64,000 nt of DNA from an uncultured Chloroflexia bacterium (GCA_963752475.1 CAVVYR010000004.1:32001-96000), one strand, 5' to 3'. Numbered from the stretch's first letter, positions 1 through 9,410 are shown. Numbers and translations are program-made. Notes: generated by a model from the letters alone, not told the origin.

Positions 1-856
1 GGAGGTAGTCGATGAGCGCGCCGGCCAGCTCGGGCTCTTCCGTGCCGGCGAGGATCCCGGCGAACTCGATCTGCTCGAAGCAGCTGTCCTCGAGTGCCGC
101 GGTCGGCGAGATCTCCGCTTCGGGATCGGGCCCATAGACGACCTCGGCCACCGGGCTCGAGGCGTAGGAGACGACCATGGGCAACTCGCCCTCACCGCCG
201 CCGGCGCCGGAGAAGTAGCCGTAGTAGGCCTCTTCCCAGCCCGAGGTGACGGTCACGCCGTTTTCGCGCAGCGCGGTCCAGTAATCGGCCCAGCCGTCCT
301 CGCCGAAGGCGGCCACGGTCGCGAGCAGGAACGAGAGACCCGGGGAGGACGTGGCCGGGTTCTGGACCACCAACTGGCCCTCGAGCGCCGGGTCGGTCAG
401 GTCATCGAGCGTCTCCGGCCACGGCAGGCCACCCTCCTCGAAGGCAGCACGGTCGAGGTTCAGGCAGACGAACCCGACATCGATGGGCGTGACGCGACCT
501 TCCGGATCGAGCTGTAGCTCGGCGGGCACGTGCTCGAGCGCGGCGGAGGCGTGGGGCTCGAAGATGCCGGCCGCGAGCGCGCGGGAGAGGAACGTGTTGT
601 CGACACCGAAGAGGACGTCGGCCAGCGGCGCGTCGGACGTGAGGATGGCCTGGTTGACCATCGAGCCGGCGTCGCCTGCCGGCAGCAGCCGGACGGTCAC
701 ATCGTGCTCGGCCTCGAACGCCTCGAACGTGCCGTCAGGCAGGAAGAACGAATCGTGGGTCATGAGTGTGATCGTGTCCTCGGCGGCGGCCGGGGCGGCC
801 ATGGCAGCGACGAGGCCCAGGGCCAGGCCCGTCGTGGCAAGGCGGTTGCGATCCAT
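1..856 (-). CDS. thiB: Thiamine ABC transporter substrate-binding protein (3' end runs off the window)
   Basis: Not in the ORF track; manual translation from ATG at 856 gives a signal peptide then TITLMTHDSF...GDAGSMVNQAIL...ADVLFGVDNTFLSRA...NPATSSPGLSFLLAT...WEEAYY...VVSYASSP, typical of TbpA/ThiB. It lies directly after thiN. Confidence 0.93.
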   Translation of the reverse strand, partial: MDRNRLATTGLALGLVAAMAAPAAAEDTITLMTHDSFFLPDGTFEAFEAEHDVTVRLLPAGDAGSMVNQAILTSDAPLADVLFGVDNTFLSRALAAGIFEPHASAALEHVPAELQLDPEGRVTPIDVGFVCLNLDRAAFEEGGLPWPETLDDLTDPALEGQLVVQNPATSSPGLSFLLATVAAFGEDGWADYWTALRENGVTVTSGWEEAYYGYFSGAGGGEGELPMVVSYASSPVAEVVYGPDPEAEISPTAALEDSCFEQIEFAGILAGTEEPELAGALIDYL

Positions 857-1558
857 CTAGTTCCCTCCTGCGGGCGAGGCGTCGGCGCTCGACCGACGGG
901 TATGGATGACGAGCAGCCGGCCGCGCCGCGTGATCACGCGCGCCCGGTCGCTGGTGAGCTCATTGGAAAGGCCGCGGGATGGACCCAGCGGCAGCGTCGC
1001 GTCGGCCAGCGCGAAGCGCAGGCCCTCGGTGGTCACGCCCTCGACCGCGGACCCCAGCGGGAAGAGCGAGACGTAGTCGCCCGGCTCGCCCTCGACCGTT
1101 GCCGCGCCGGGGCCGCCGGCCGTGCCCATGCGCCGGATGTGCGAGCCGCGTCCGCTGATGGCCAGCTCGACCTCATCGAAGCGCGGGTCGACCAGAAGCA
1201 GCAGGTTGGCCACACCATGCTCTGGTCGAACCAGGCCCAGGGCGCCCACGATGGTCACCCGTGTCGCGCCGCGATCGAGGGCCGTGAGCAGACACAGCTC
1301 CATGTCGCTCTCGTCCTTGTCCGGGGCCGCGACGAGGAGCTCCACGCCCAGGGCCTCGAGACGCGCACGCTCCGCCGCGCCCAGCGAATCGAAGTCCCCG
1401 ACCACGATGTCGGGCACGAGGTCGGCAGCCAGCACGTGGGCCGCGCCACCGTCGGCCGCGATGAGCAGGGGCGGCTGGGTTGCGGCGGCCAGCTCGATCA
1501 ACACGGACACGTCGACATCGCCATCGGCGACGACGAGTGCGTGGGTGTGAGCGGCCAT
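857..1558 (-). CDS. thiN: Thiamine pyrophosphokinase
   Basis: IAADGGA, VVGDFDS, DKDESDMEL and RGLSNE motifs; downstream of a TPP riboswitch. Confidence 0.95.
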   Translation of the reverse strand: MAAHTHALVVADGDVDVSVLIELAAATQPPLLIAADGGAAHVLAADLVPDIVVGDFDSLGAAERARLEALGVELLVAAPDKDESDMELCLLTALDRGATRVTIVGALGLVRPEHGVANLLLLVDPRFDEVELAISGRGSHIRRMGTAGGPGAATVEGEPGDYVSLFPLGSAVEGVTTEGLRFALADATLPLGPSRGLSNELTSDRARVITRRGRLLVIHTRRSSADASPAGGN

Positions 1559-1568
1559 GGACGAAACG

Positions 1569-1594
1569 ACCTCCGTCTTGGTTGGGACGGAGGT
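1569..1594 (-). promoter_or_regulatory. RBS-sequestering hairpin (riboswitch expression platform)
   Basis: Perfect 9-bp stem ACCTCCGTC / GACGGAGGT that contains the GGAGG upstream of the thiN ATG. Confidence 0.75.
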
Positions 1595-1599
1595 GCGGC

Positions 1600-1692
1600 A
1601 TCGACTCCCTTCGCCGGTACGAACCGGATCAGGTTCCGAGGGTCTGCGGAGTTCCGCACTCTCAGCGCCCGCTGGCGCTCCCCTGTCCCATA
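1600..1692 (-). ncRNA. TPP riboswitch aptamer
   Basis: Minus strand reads GGGGAGCGCC...GCTGAGAG...ACCC..GAACCTGATCCGGTTCGTACCGGCGAAGGGA, the canonical THI-box, upstream of thiamine genes. Confidence 0.96.
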
Positions 1693-1734
1693 TGTGGTTG
1701 GCACGGGAAATCGTACACCCCTAGACTCGAAGCC

Positions 1735-2256
1735 ATGCCCAGCGACGCTCACCCGGCCAACGAACGTGTCCGCGCCTACGCCGAGCAGCGTGGCGTGACC
1801 ATCGAGATCACCGCCTTCGACGAGTCCACCCACACCGCCCAGGAGGCGGCCGACGCCATCGGCGTGGCGCTCGGTCAGATCGTCAAGAGCCTCGTCTTCA
1901 TGGCCCCGCTCGACCCGGTCGATGACGACGGCGAGCAGCAGCTGGTGGTCGCGCTGGTACGCGGGACCGACCGTGTCGACCTCGGGAGACTGGCCTCGGT
2001 CTCCGGCCATCCGCGACTCCGACGCGCCTCGGCCAAGGAGGCCAAGCGTGCCACGGGCTACACCATCGGGGGCGTACCGCCCTTCGCCCACGAACAGCAG
2101 GCGGTGGTGGTGATGGACCCCGCGCTCGACGGCTACGAGGAGATCTGGGCCGCCGCGGGCACGCCCACGACGGTCTTCCCTATCGCTCCCGGAACGCTGG
2201 CCGTGCTCTCGGATGCGCTCGTGGCGCCCTGCGCCGAGGACCTGGTCGAGGCGTGA
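1735..2256 (+). CDS. YbaK/EbsC family aminoacyl-tRNA deacylase-like protein
   Basis: THTAQEAADAIG..QIVKSLVF and ATGYTIGGVPPF...WAAAGTP motifs; start reassigned to ATG 1735. Confidence 0.9.
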   Translation: MPSDAHPANERVRAYAEQRGVTIEITAFDESTHTAQEAADAIGVALGQIVKSLVFMAPLDPVDDDGEQQLVVALVRGTDRVDLGRLASVSGHPRLRRASAKEAKRATGYTIGGVPPFAHEQQAVVVMDPALDGYEEIWAAAGTPTTVFPIAPGTLAVLSDALVAPCAEDLVEA

Positions 2257-2828
2257 CGGAGAAGGAGATCGGCCGCTCGACGGTGACCTACCCGGGCGGG
2301 CTGGCCGCGCGCTACCGCTGGGGTGGGAGTGGTTCCGCAGAGGCGGTGTTCGCGCTCAGCGAGAGCGGCGGCGGCCTCACCGATCACGCCGAGCTCGCCG
2401 GCGGCGACACGACCCGCATGTGCCACGCCGAGCTGCGCGTGGAGGGTCCGCTCGGTACCTGGACGGCACGCTTCGCCTCTCCCGTCTTCGACGTGCCGGA
2501 GGGTCGCGTCTGGGACACCGAGGCTCAGCTCGTGGTCAAGTACGGGTTCCGCGTCTACGGACTGGCCAGCCGGACCGGCGAGCTGCGCTGGTCGCACCTC
2601 TCGGGCACACCCATCGTGGCCGTGCTGGGATCGTCGCGCCTCGATCACGTCATCGTCCAGAGCGAGGTCGAGACGCTCGCACTCGACGCCGCCGGCGAGG
2701 TCCGCTGGCGCGTGGCGCACGGTGAGGTCATCGCCGGCGCCGAGCTCACCGGTGGGGTGCTCACGCTGCAGACGTACGGCGGCGACGTGGTCGCCTTCGA
2801 CCCCACCAGCGGACAGGCCCTGACTTGA
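2253..2828 (+). CDS. Hypothetical protein with PQQ-like beta-propeller repeats
   Basis: GLASRTGELRWS, ALDAAGEVRWR and AFDPTSG repeats; GTGA overlap with the previous gene. Confidence 0.6.
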   Translation: MTEKEIGRSTVTYPGGLAARYRWGGSGSAEAVFALSESGGGLTDHAELAGGDTTRMCHAELRVEGPLGTWTARFASPVFDVPEGRVWDTEAQLVVKYGFRVYGLASRTGELRWSHLSGTPIVAVLGSSRLDHVIVQSEVETLALDAAGEVRWRVAHGEVIAGAELTGGVLTLQTYGGDVVAFDPTSGQALT

Positions 2829-2911
2829 CCGTTCCGCGCACGCCCGAGCGTGATGTGGATGAACGGTGGACAGGACGGTGCGTGCATACACCACATAACC
2901 CTTCCGTACCG

Positions 2912-2941
2912 TTGACCACCGCCCGGGCCGAGTCATACCGT
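2912..2941 (+). promoter_or_regulatory. Putative sigma70-type promoter
   Basis: TTGACC-N18-TACCGT directly upstream of a structured leader. Confidence 0.45.
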
Positions 2942-3054
2942 CGGCCTCGACCCGGAGGGGCCCGGGAACCGACTAATGGCCAAGATGACATCACGGCCCA
3001 TGTCGCGTGGAAGGTTCCTTCGGGTCGTTGCCTGCCCGCCGCGGTGAACGACCG

Positions 3055-3780
3055 ATGATCGGTTTCGCCATCACCGCCCTCGGCTTCGGGGCCGGACTCG
3101 TGGGCTACCTCCTGCTCCGCCGCAGCGGCACCGGCTGGCGTGTCGGTCGCCTGCTCGCGGCCGCTCCCGAACGAACGCTCGCCCAGGCCGCGGCCCTGGC
3201 TGCCGACGGCGAACCCGGCTACGTCCGCCTGCACGGACGCATCGACAGCGACGAGGAGTTCCCCGGCGACGACGGCAAGCCCCTCGTCTATCGCCGACGC
3301 CGACTGCAGGGCCGTCGCGGCCGGGGCGACTGGGCGACCTTCGACGACCAGCGCCTGGCCGTGCCCTTCCGCCTGAGCGAGAAGGGCGAGCAGGTCGGCA
3401 TCGACACCGAGGCCCTCGGCGACGGGCTGGTGGTCGTGCCCCGCGAGTCGGAGGGCGTGGCCGGCGACCTGACCTCCGATGCGGTCAGCGGCAAGCTGCC
3501 GGAGATGCCGCCCGAGACACCCGTGCGCCTACGCATCGAACAGGTCTCGGCCGTCGACCACGCCACCGCTGCCGGTGTACCCCGGATCGGCGAGGGCGGA
3601 GCCGTCGTGCTCGGAGCGGGCCTGGGCCGACCGCTGGTGCTGACCACACTCGACCTCGACGAGGCCATGCGGGTGCTCGCCGGCGGACGACGCACCGAGC
3701 TGCTGGTGGCGACGGGCCTGCTGGTGGCGACGCCGGTGATCATCGTCATCGGCCTCATCGCGTTGGCGGCGGGCCTGTGA
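3055..3780 (+). CDS. Membrane protein with N- and C-terminal TM helices (possibly GIDE-like)
   Basis: Hydrophobic termini and a beta-rich central domain with genome-like codon usage; start taken at ATG 3055. Confidence 0.6.
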   Translation: MIGFAITALGFGAGLVGYLLLRRSGTGWRVGRLLAAAPERTLAQAAALAADGEPGYVRLHGRIDSDEEFPGDDGKPLVYRRRRLQGRRGRGDWATFDDQRLAVPFRLSEKGEQVGIDTEALGDGLVVVPRESEGVAGDLTSDAVSGKLPEMPPETPVRLRIEQVSAVDHATAAGVPRIGEGGAVVLGAGLGRPLVLTTLDLDEAMRVLAGGRRTELLVATGLLVATPVIIVIGLIALAAGL

Positions 3781-4034
3781 GCCGGTCGCTGTGGGCGGTA
3801 GCGCTCGCGCTCGCGGCGCTCCTTTGCCTCGCAGCATCGAGCCTCGGCGCCGATCCGACGGCCACACCATCGGCCCCAGCGACAGAGATCCTCACCGGCG
3901 GCGATCTGCGCTCCGAGGGCGAGGGCCCAGGGCTCGTGGGCAACCCCCTGCTCATCCTGTTCGCGGTCGTGGGCCTGGGCCTGGCCACGGCCGCGGTGAC
4001 CGTGCTCCTGACGCGGCTGATCCAGCGCGACTGA
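3777..4034 (+). CDS. Small membrane protein
   Basis: Signal-like N-terminus and C-terminal TM helix; GTGA overlap with the upstream gene. Confidence 0.6.
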   Translation: MSRSLWAVALALAALLCLAASSLGADPTATPSAPATEILTGGDLRSEGEGPGLVGNPLLILFAVVGLGLATAAVTVLLTRLIQRD

Positions 4035-4151
4035 CCCCGCGCGAACGACCGCGCGAGCGAGCCGGGCTGGTGCGTCGAGGCACCGGGCCACCCCCCGTTT
4101 GGTACGGAACTCCCATATGAGGAGTTGTGAGGTTCGAGCAGCATCACGGGG

Positions 4152-5930
4152 ATGACGCCATCTGCCGCCGCCTCGCTGCCCATCACCAAGGCGGCCCGCG
4201 TGCTCGGGGTGCACCCCAACACGCTGCGCGCCTGGGCCGACCAGGGACGCATCCGCTGCCTGCGGGTGAACGCCCGAGGCGATCGGCGCTTCCTGGTCGA
4301 CGACCTCGAGGCCTTCGTGCGCGAGGCCAGGACCGACGAGACCGACCGCGGCTCTCGGGCCGACTGGGAAGCTCAGATCGACTCCATCGCCCGACTGGGC
4401 ACGCGGCTCAACCACCTCAGCTCGGCGGCCGACATCGGTACCGCTATCTGCCACGGGCTACGGGAGCTCATCGACTACCACAACGTGCGCGTGTATCGCG
4501 TCGATGGTGACGACGTCGTGCCGGTGGCCTGGCGCGGTGAGGACGGCACCTACGGTGACGAGGCCGGCGAGCAACTGCGCACACGAGTCGGCGAGGGCAT
4601 CACCGGTTGGGTCGCCAAGCATGGTGTGGCCCAGTACCTGCCCGATGCCATGGCCGATCCGCGCGGCTCGCACGTCCCGGGCACCGAGGAGCACCTCGAC
4701 GAATCGCTGCTGGTCGCACCGATGCTCTACGAGGACCGGGTGATCGGCGTGATCGTGCTGGCCAAGCTCGGGCTCGACCGCTTCTCCGCTGACGACCTGC
4801 GCTATCTCGGGGTCTACGCCTCGATCGCGGCGCAGGCCATGGTCAATGCCGACATCTCACATCGGTTGCAGGTCCAGGCTCGCACGCTCGATCGCCAGCT
4901 GCGCAGCCAGGCCGAGCTGCTGCGCGTGACCGAACGCATCCTGACCACCCTCGACCCGGCCGCCGTCATCGCCGAGATCGCCGACAGCCTCGCGGGCCTC
5001 ATCCCCATCGACACGCTCGGCGTGTACGTCCACGTTCCCCAACAACACACGCTCGACCCCCTGCTCGCGCGCGGCATCGGCTCCGACGTCTTCATGTCAC
5101 GCCGGCTGCCGGACTCCGGCGAGGTCGTCTCGGAGGTGCTCCGCACCGGCGATGCCCGCAGCGTCACCCGTGAAGCCCGGGCCGCGCGCGGCGAGGCGGC
5201 GGCCCTCATCCTGGCGCCGCTGCGCGGACCGGATCGCGTCATCGGGGTGCTCTACCTCAAGCGTCTCGGCAGCGAGGCCCGCTTCGACGAGCGCGAGTTC
5301 CAGATCGTGCGGTTGTTCGCGGCCCATGTCTCGATCGCGCTGCAGAACGCGCTGGCACATCGGGCGGTCGAATTGCGCGCGCAGACCGACGCCCTGACCG
5401 GACTGCGCAATCACGGCACCTTCCGTGATGACCTGCGCTTGGCCGTCGAGCGGGGCCAGCCCTTCTCGCTGCTGATGCTCGACCTCGACGACTTCAAGAC
5501 CTACAACGACCGTCGCGGCCACGAGGCCGGCAACCAGCTGCTCAAGGCCATCGCGTCCGCCATCCGCGCCGCCTGCCGCGAGGACGATCTCGTCTATCGC
5601 TACGGCGGTGACGAGTTCAGCCTCATCCTGCCCAGGACCAGGCTCGCGGGTGCGCTCGAGGTGGCCGAGCGCGTGCGCGACGGCATCCGGTCGGTGCGCG
5701 GTGGTGGGCGACGGAAGAGCGGCATGCGCTGCTCCGTCGGGGTGGCCACGTTCCCGACCGACGCGACCGACCGTGCCGAACTGTTGCTGGCAGCGGACCA
5801 CGCGCTCTATGCCGCGAAACGAGCCGGACGCGATCGCGTCAGCACCGCTGCCGACGGGCTCGAGCTGACCGACGGCTTCGTGCCCCCACCCACGCCCGTC
5901 GACGAGATGGGACCGGCCCCGGCCTCCTAG
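4152..5930 (+). CDS. Diguanylate cyclase with N-terminal MerR/Xis-type HTH and two GAF domains
   Basis: N-terminal AARVLGVHPNTLRAWADQGRI..RGDRRF; two GAF domains; DALTGLRN, DLDDFKTYND, REDD I-site and RYGGDEF. Confidence 0.92.
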   Translation: MTPSAAASLPITKAARVLGVHPNTLRAWADQGRIRCLRVNARGDRRFLVDDLEAFVREARTDETDRGSRADWEAQIDSIARLGTRLNHLSSAADIGTAICHGLRELIDYHNVRVYRVDGDDVVPVAWRGEDGTYGDEAGEQLRTRVGEGITGWVAKHGVAQYLPDAMADPRGSHVPGTEEHLDESLLVAPMLYEDRVIGVIVLAKLGLDRFSADDLRYLGVYASIAAQAMVNADISHRLQVQARTLDRQLRSQAELLRVTERILTTLDPAAVIAEIADSLAGLIPIDTLGVYVHVPQQHTLDPLLARGIGSDVFMSRRLPDSGEVVSEVLRTGDARSVTREARAARGEAAALILAPLRGPDRVIGVLYLKRLGSEARFDEREFQIVRLFAAHVSIALQNALAHRAVELRAQTDALTGLRNHGTFRDDLRLAVERGQPFSLLMLDLDDFKTYNDRRGHEAGNQLLKAIASAIRAACREDDLVYRYGGDEFSLILPRTRLAGALEVAERVRDGIRSVRGGGRRKSGMRCSVGVATFPTDATDRAELLLAADHALYAAKRAGRDRVSTAADGLELTDGFVPPPTPVDEMGPAPAS

Positions 5931-6919
5931 CGTGCGCGCGGGCGCCTCGGCGGCGGAGGTGGGACGCGCCGTGGCGGCACTGGTCGCGCGGGTCGTGCTG
6001 GTGGCGCAGGTCGTGCTGGTGGCGGAGGTGGCGGTGCCGGGCGTGCGACCTCGAGCGGCGTGTCGACGCTGATGTCGTACGTCTTGGCCGCTGAGCCCTG
6101 ATGCACCGACAACGCCACGCGGCCGTATGAGTCGGCTGTCAGCAGGGGCGCGCCCTCGGGAACCTCGCCGAACGTGCGCGCCCAAGTCAGGGACACCTCC
6201 GCCCGGCTGGCACCCTCCCCCTTCCGGAGCAGAAGCCGTTCTCCGAAACGCAGGTTGGGCAGCGCGGCGGCCAGGTCGTCGGCCAGCGCCGAGAGCTTGA
6301 CGTTGCCGAACGTGTCGACGTAGATGGCCTGGGTCCGCATCACCCCGGGGCGGATGTCGGGGCGCGGCCACGCCAGGTCCAGCAGGCGACGCGGGTCCAC
6401 CGACGGACCGAGCTCATCGATGGGCACGCCGGCCGCGAGATGGGCACCTGCGGGGGCGAAGATGTCACGGCCATGGAACGAGGTGCTGACCTCCGGCAGG
6501 GCGTAGCGTGGTTCCTCCAGCAGATGGGCCGCGGTGATGCCACCGAGGCGTGCCGCCGAGGGCATGAGCAGTCCGTTGTCGGGGCCGACCAGGTAGTCGC
6601 CACGCGCGGTCTGCAGGGCCACACCCTTGCGCGCGGTACCCACGCCGGGGTCGACCACGGCCACGTGAGCGCCGATGGGCAGGTACGGGGCCGCACTCCA
6701 GAGCAGGAGCGCCCCGTCGCGGACGGAGAACTTGTCGACGTCGTGGCTGATATCGATGACGTTGGCCTCGGGGCAGATACCGGCCACGACCGCGCGCATG
6801 ATGCCCGCCGAGGGGTCGCGTGAGCCGAAGTCGCTGAGCAGGCTCACGAACGGCGTGCGCACAGCGCCGGTGGTGGCGGCGTTGGCGGAGGTCGTGACGG
6901 TGTCCGTGTAGATCCGCAT
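5927..6919 (-). CDS. SAM hydroxide adenosyltransferase (DUF62 / SAM-dependent halogenase superfamily) with Pro/Arg-rich tail
   Basis: SDFG, VVDPGVG.AR, GPDNG, FHGRD and VDTFGNV motifs; start taken at ATG 6919. Confidence 0.88.
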   Translation of the reverse strand: MRIYTDTVTTSANAATTGAVRTPFVSLLSDFGSRDPSAGIMRAVVAGICPEANVIDISHDVDKFSVRDGALLLWSAAPYLPIGAHVAVVDPGVGTARKGVALQTARGDYLVGPDNGLLMPSAARLGGITAAHLLEEPRYALPEVSTSFHGRDIFAPAGAHLAAGVPIDELGPSVDPRRLLDLAWPRPDIRPGVMRTQAIYVDTFGNVKLSALADDLAAALPNLRFGERLLLRKGEGASRAEVSLTWARTFGEVPEGAPLLTADSYGRVALSVHQGSAAKTYDISVDTPLEVARPAPPPPPPARPAPPARPARPVPPRRVPPPPPRRPRAR

Positions 6920-7001
6920 CGGCCGAATGGTACGCGCGAGATGCGCGCCTCGGTGTGGCCGACCCGTACCGGGGCCCTGACGGCGGTATGCTCGGCTCCC
7001 G

Positions 7002-8297
7002 ATGACGAAACGAGCGGATGACCGTCGCCAGATGCGCCTGCTTGCGGCGGCCCTGACGGCCTTGTGGGCGGTGACCGCCATCGCCATCGCCACCGCCTAT
7101 CGGCCGGGTGGACCCATCGACGTGCTCGTGGCCCTGGCCTGCTTCGTGCCCGTGGCTATCGCCGACCTTGGCGTCATCCGTCCAGCCAAGCGCCTGACGC
7201 GGAACCATCGCACGGCGCTCGTGTGGGTCTGGATCGGGGCGGTGCTGTTCGCGGTTCCCGTCATCTACGGCGTGGCCTCGACCGTCACCGGCGATGGGTC
7301 ACAGGGGTTGCTGCCATCAGCCGAGGCCGCCTACGCGGGCATCATCGCGCTCTACCTGATGTCGTACTTCAGCGCAGTCGGTCTCATCCACCACCGTATG
7401 GGCGTCCGACCGCTCGAGCGTCGAGCCATGCTGATGACCGCCCTCGTCGCCGCCGGGCTCACGCTCATCGCGGGCGGGGCCTTCCTCTTCGTGGCGATCG
7501 CCAACGAGCAGGAGCTGCGCGCGGATCCGGCCGAGGCCTCGCGCTTCGGGCCCACCGATCCCGGGCTCGAGCCGCCCGACTGCGACGAGCCACTGGCCCT
7601 CGGTCTGGATGCCACCGTCACCATCGAAGCCAAGTCCGCCGTGGACACGTTCGATCGCGGCTTCGCGGTCCTCGACGGCCAGCGGCACGACCAGGACGAG
7701 TCGTGGGGCGGCTCGTGGGATGGGCCTGACGGCTCCGGCGTGCAGGCCTACCGACGCCTCGGCGAGGAGGCCTGGCTCAACGACGAGAGCGACGATCCGC
7801 AGGCGCCCGGCACCTTCTGGGACCAGTCGGAACCGAACCCCTTCGGGCTGCTCGGCGACGAAGGCCTGACCATGGACGGGCCGCCCTTCGCGGTGGCCCA
7901 TGTGCCTCGCGGCACGATCGTGGCCGAAGACCTGGGCCTCGAGGTCGTCGAGGGTGCGAGGGCTCGCCATTGTCGGACCTTCATCGATGGCCCCACCGCG
8001 CTCGACACCTTCCTGCCGCTGCGCTGGCTGCTGGCCGACGACTCCGAGGTGCCCGACGATGCCCTCGAGCGGTGGCGTGGCGAGCTCGACTGGTGGGTCT
8101 TCGCCGATGGTGAACTGGGAGCGGCATCGGTGCAGGTATCGGGCGCGCGTATCGACACCGGCTGGGAGGACGACGGCGTGCGAGCGTTCCTCGAGGCTCG
8201 CCTCATCGCCGTCGATCGCGACCAGGCCGTGGACGTGAACGCGCGCACGGATCCCGGCTCGCCGGCCGCGGTGGCGTTAGAGTCAGTTGGGCCATGA
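7002..8297 (+). CDS. Hypothetical membrane protein (about 5 N-terminal TM helices, acidic C-terminal domain)
   Basis: Long ORF with genome-like codon usage; hydropathy pattern. Confidence 0.7.
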   Translation: MTKRADDRRQMRLLAAALTALWAVTAIAIATAYRPGGPIDVLVALACFVPVAIADLGVIRPAKRLTRNHRTALVWVWIGAVLFAVPVIYGVASTVTGDGSQGLLPSAEAAYAGIIALYLMSYFSAVGLIHHRMGVRPLERRAMLMTALVAAGLTLIAGGAFLFVAIANEQELRADPAEASRFGPTDPGLEPPDCDEPLALGLDATVTIEAKSAVDTFDRGFAVLDGQRHDQDESWGGSWDGPDGSGVQAYRRLGEEAWLNDESDDPQAPGTFWDQSEPNPFGLLGDEGLTMDGPPFAVAHVPRGTIVAEDLGLEVVEGARARHCRTFIDGPTALDTFLPLRWLLADDSEVPDDALERWRGELDWWVFADGELGAASVQVSGARIDTGWEDDGVRAFLEARLIAVDRDQAVDVNARTDPGSPAAVALESVGP

Positions 8298-9289
8298 ACA
8301 CGTTCGAGGAGCGCGGCGGGACCAAGTGGGACCGTGCCGCGCGCTATCTCAAGATCGCCACCGTCCTTCACGCCCACGGTGAGGCCGGCATCAGCGCGCA
8401 GGCATTGGCCGACCAGGTCGGCGTGTCGAAGCGGACCATCTATCGCGACCTCGACGGCATGGACTTCGACGGCGGCCTGCCCATCTGGAACGAGAAGGGC
8501 AAGTACGGCCTCGACGCGGACGCCTTCCTTCCACCACTGAAGCTGACCGTCCACGAGGCCATGGCCTTCTTCCTCGCGGCACGACTCCTGACCAAGGCCA
8601 CCGACGAGCTCGACACCGAGATCATCGGCGCCTTCGTGAAGCTGGCCCAGGTGCTGCCGCCGGTGCTCACGGAGCAGCTGCACGAGACTGCCGATGCCTT
8701 CGCCGACACCCCGCCCGACGAGGACTTCACCCGGGCCTTGCGTGGCCTGACCGCGGCCCTGGCCGAGCGGCGCGTGGTCGAGTTCGACTACGAGTCGGGT
8801 GTGTACGACGCCAGCCGGCCGATGCGGCGCGTGCGCCTGCACCCCTACGGCATCGAGCCGTCGGCGGCGACACGGGCGCTATACGTCATCGGCTGGGATG
8901 AGGAGCGCACTGCCCGACGGACCTACAAGCTCGAGCGCATCCGCTCCATCTCGATGACGCCGGAGGCGTACGAAGCACCCGACGCCTCGGTCGCGCGCGA
9001 GATGCTGGCCGCCTGGGATGTCATCGGCGACGACGAGGCCGTGGAGGTCGTCATCCGCTTCACGCCGGACGTCTCTCAGCGCGTGCACGAGACCCGCTGG
9101 CACCACAGCCAGGTCGAGGAGCTGGAGGACGATGGCTCGCTCCTGTGGCGAGCACGCGTGGCCGGGGTGCTGGAGATCCGTTCCTGGATCCTGAGCTGGG
9201 GTCCGGACGCAGAGGTGCTGGAGCCGCCCAAGCTGCGCGAGTGGGTGGCGGAGCGTCACGCCCAGGCCGCTGCCCGCTACGTCGGGTAG
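8294..9289 (+). CDS. WYL-domain transcriptional regulator (HTH-WYL-WCX)
   Basis: LADQVGVSKRTIYRDL HTH; LHPYGI...LYVIGWD...RTYKLERI; WILSWGPDAEVLEPPKLRE. Confidence 0.92.
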   Translation: MNTFEERGGTKWDRAARYLKIATVLHAHGEAGISAQALADQVGVSKRTIYRDLDGMDFDGGLPIWNEKGKYGLDADAFLPPLKLTVHEAMAFFLAARLLTKATDELDTEIIGAFVKLAQVLPPVLTEQLHETADAFADTPPDEDFTRALRGLTAALAERRVVEFDYESGVYDASRPMRRVRLHPYGIEPSAATRALYVIGWDEERTARRTYKLERIRSISMTPEAYEAPDASVAREMLAAWDVIGDDEAVEVVIRFTPDVSQRVHETRWHHSQVEELEDDGSLLWRARVAGVLEIRSWILSWGPDAEVLEPPKLREWVAERHAQAAARYVG

Positions 9290-9309
9290 CCGACCGAAGC
9301 ACGCCCAGT

Positions 9310-9410
9310 GCGGCATCCACCGCCTTGTCCGCCCGATGGGCCAGGGGCCGCCTTCGCCGCTCAACGGGCCGGGGGCCGCATCCACCGCCTTGCCGCTCAA
9401 CGGGCCGATC
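9310..9410. repeat. Short GC-rich direct repeats in a convergent intergenic gap
   Basis: GCATCCACCGCCTT x2 and GCCGCTCAACGGGCCG x2. Confidence 0.65.

Noticed and set aside
5927-6919. Fluorinase or chlorinase
   Set aside because: FHGRD and DPGVG..R fit the hydroxide adenosyltransferase branch, and there is no biosynthetic cluster nearby.
8294-9289. WYL regulator as marker of an adjacent defence system
   Set aside because: Its neighbours are a membrane protein and pnt genes; the defence-like genes are more than 30 kb away.
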